DNA of 64,000 nt from an uncultured bacterium (GTDB taxonomy: Bacteria > Krumholzibacteriota > Krumholzibacteriia > JACNKJ01): the NCBI GenBank assembly GCA_964410395.1, contig CAYPGS010000010.1:16668-80667 (forward strand). Direction: 5' to 3'. The notes below the pieces were generated by a model. That model was not told where the DNA came from, did not search any database, and saw only the letters and a program-made list of their open reading frames with translations. Position numbers and translations under genes: made by a program. Shown piece after piece: positions 63,711-64,000 of the stretch. The first letter of the stretch is position 1; each line of letters opens with the position of its first letter.

Positions 63711-64000
63711 TCAAGGCGTGATCCCGGCCAGGGCGGGCAGGGCGTGGAAAAGGAAACGCTCGAAGAAGAGTGTAAGCAAGACGCCGATCAGAGTCACCAG
63801 AACTCCCACCTTCGCCATATCCTTCACTCTCAGCAGGTCCGAGCTGTAGGCGATGGCGTTGGGCGGCGTGCTGATGGGAAGCGCCATGCCCAGACTGGCG
63901 CAGAGCGTCACGGTAACGATGATGGGCACCGACTCCCCCGCGGCCGCAACGGTCATGGCGATGGGCAGGATGGTGTTGGCCGCCGCAGAATTGCTCATGA
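63711..64000 (-). CDS. C-terminal part of a DASS/SLC13 (ArsB/NhaD superfamily) anion transporter. The gene continues beyond the window end.
   Basis: …GMALPISTPPNAIAYSS… matches the conserved GTPPNAI hairpin block of DASS-family permeases. Stop at 63711. Open to the window edge. Confidence 0.55.
   Translation of the reverse strand, partial: MSNSAAANTILPIAMTVAAAGESVPIIVTVTLCASLGMALPISTPPNAIAYSSDLLRVKDMAKVGVLVTLIGVLLTLFFERFLFHALPALAGITP

Noticed and set aside
1-64000. rRNA, tRNA and mobile elements
   Set aside because: No rRNA-like conserved stretches and no convincing tRNA cloverleaf were seen in the intergenic regions by eye. No transposase, integrase, recombinase or phage genes and no long terminal inverted repeats were found. 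A tRNA scan and a covariance-model search would be needed to be definitive.

Overview
High-GC (about 65%) bacterial chromosomal segment, gene-dense, with no rRNA, tRNA, CRISPR array or transposase/integrase detected. Several proteins carry type IX secretion (T9SS) C-terminal sorting domains (three C25 gingipain-like peptidases and one M14 carboxypeptidase), and cbb3 oxidase subunits I and II are fused (ccoNO). Together these suggest a high-GC member of the Fibrobacteres-Chlorobi-Bacteroidetes superphylum, possibly Gemmatimonadota or Rhodothermota, but this is inference only. In high-GC DNA the opposite strand of real genes carries very long spurious ORFs. Many of the longest ORFs in the supplied track are therefore antisense artefacts and were replaced by the opposite-strand reading (for example the 5-prime gene at 1..2647 minus). 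Gene content in order: a truncated STAND-type P-loop NTPase with TPR repeats; a DUF2089 three-gene module; a GNAT acetyltransferase; two tandem outer-membrane beta-barrel genes in a lower-GC patch; a co-directional block of two CPBP intramembrane proteases, a DUF2164-like protein, a secreted alpha/beta hydrolase and a heterodimeric ABC exporter; two tandem paralogous secreted proteins; threonine-to-glycine degradation genes (kbl-tdh); an sxtI/J/K-like carbamoyltransferase triad next to an AlgX/AlgJ-like SGNH hydrolase; Mrp/ApbC with DUF971; a second tandem pair of secreted paralogs; a 7Fe ferredoxin; a YyaL thioredoxin-domain protein; a TVP38 membrane protein; a complete cbb3 oxidase cluster (ccoI-ccoS-ccoNO-ccoQ-ccoP-ccoG); an M20 amidohydrolase; an rsmF-like methyltransferase interrupted by an in-frame TAG; a DNA alkylation repair protein; a DUF1028 protein; a cysteine desulfurase; a beta-helix lipoprotein; three large C25 peptidases with T9SS domains and sigma70-type promoters; an acyl-CoA ligase; an M14 peptidase with a T9SS domain; a TMEM175 channel; and a DtxR-regulated metal ABC importer. 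Most novel-looking observations: (1) the two importer permeases each carry a C-terminal DtxR-like winged-helix extension, reminiscent of chlamydial YtgCR; (2) two unrelated tandem pairs of small secreted proteins share a C-terminal motif ending TWSxIKxLY, a candidate new sorting or processing tag, located near CPBP proteases and an ABC exporter; (3) the palindrome CGTTTGCAAACG sits in the 5-prime UTR of both copies of one pair; (4) an (AGCTACC)n heptamer repeat recurs at the 3-prime ends of genes; (5) a decayed T9SS sorting-domain remnant lies directly after the stop codon of a tiny DUF5989 gene.
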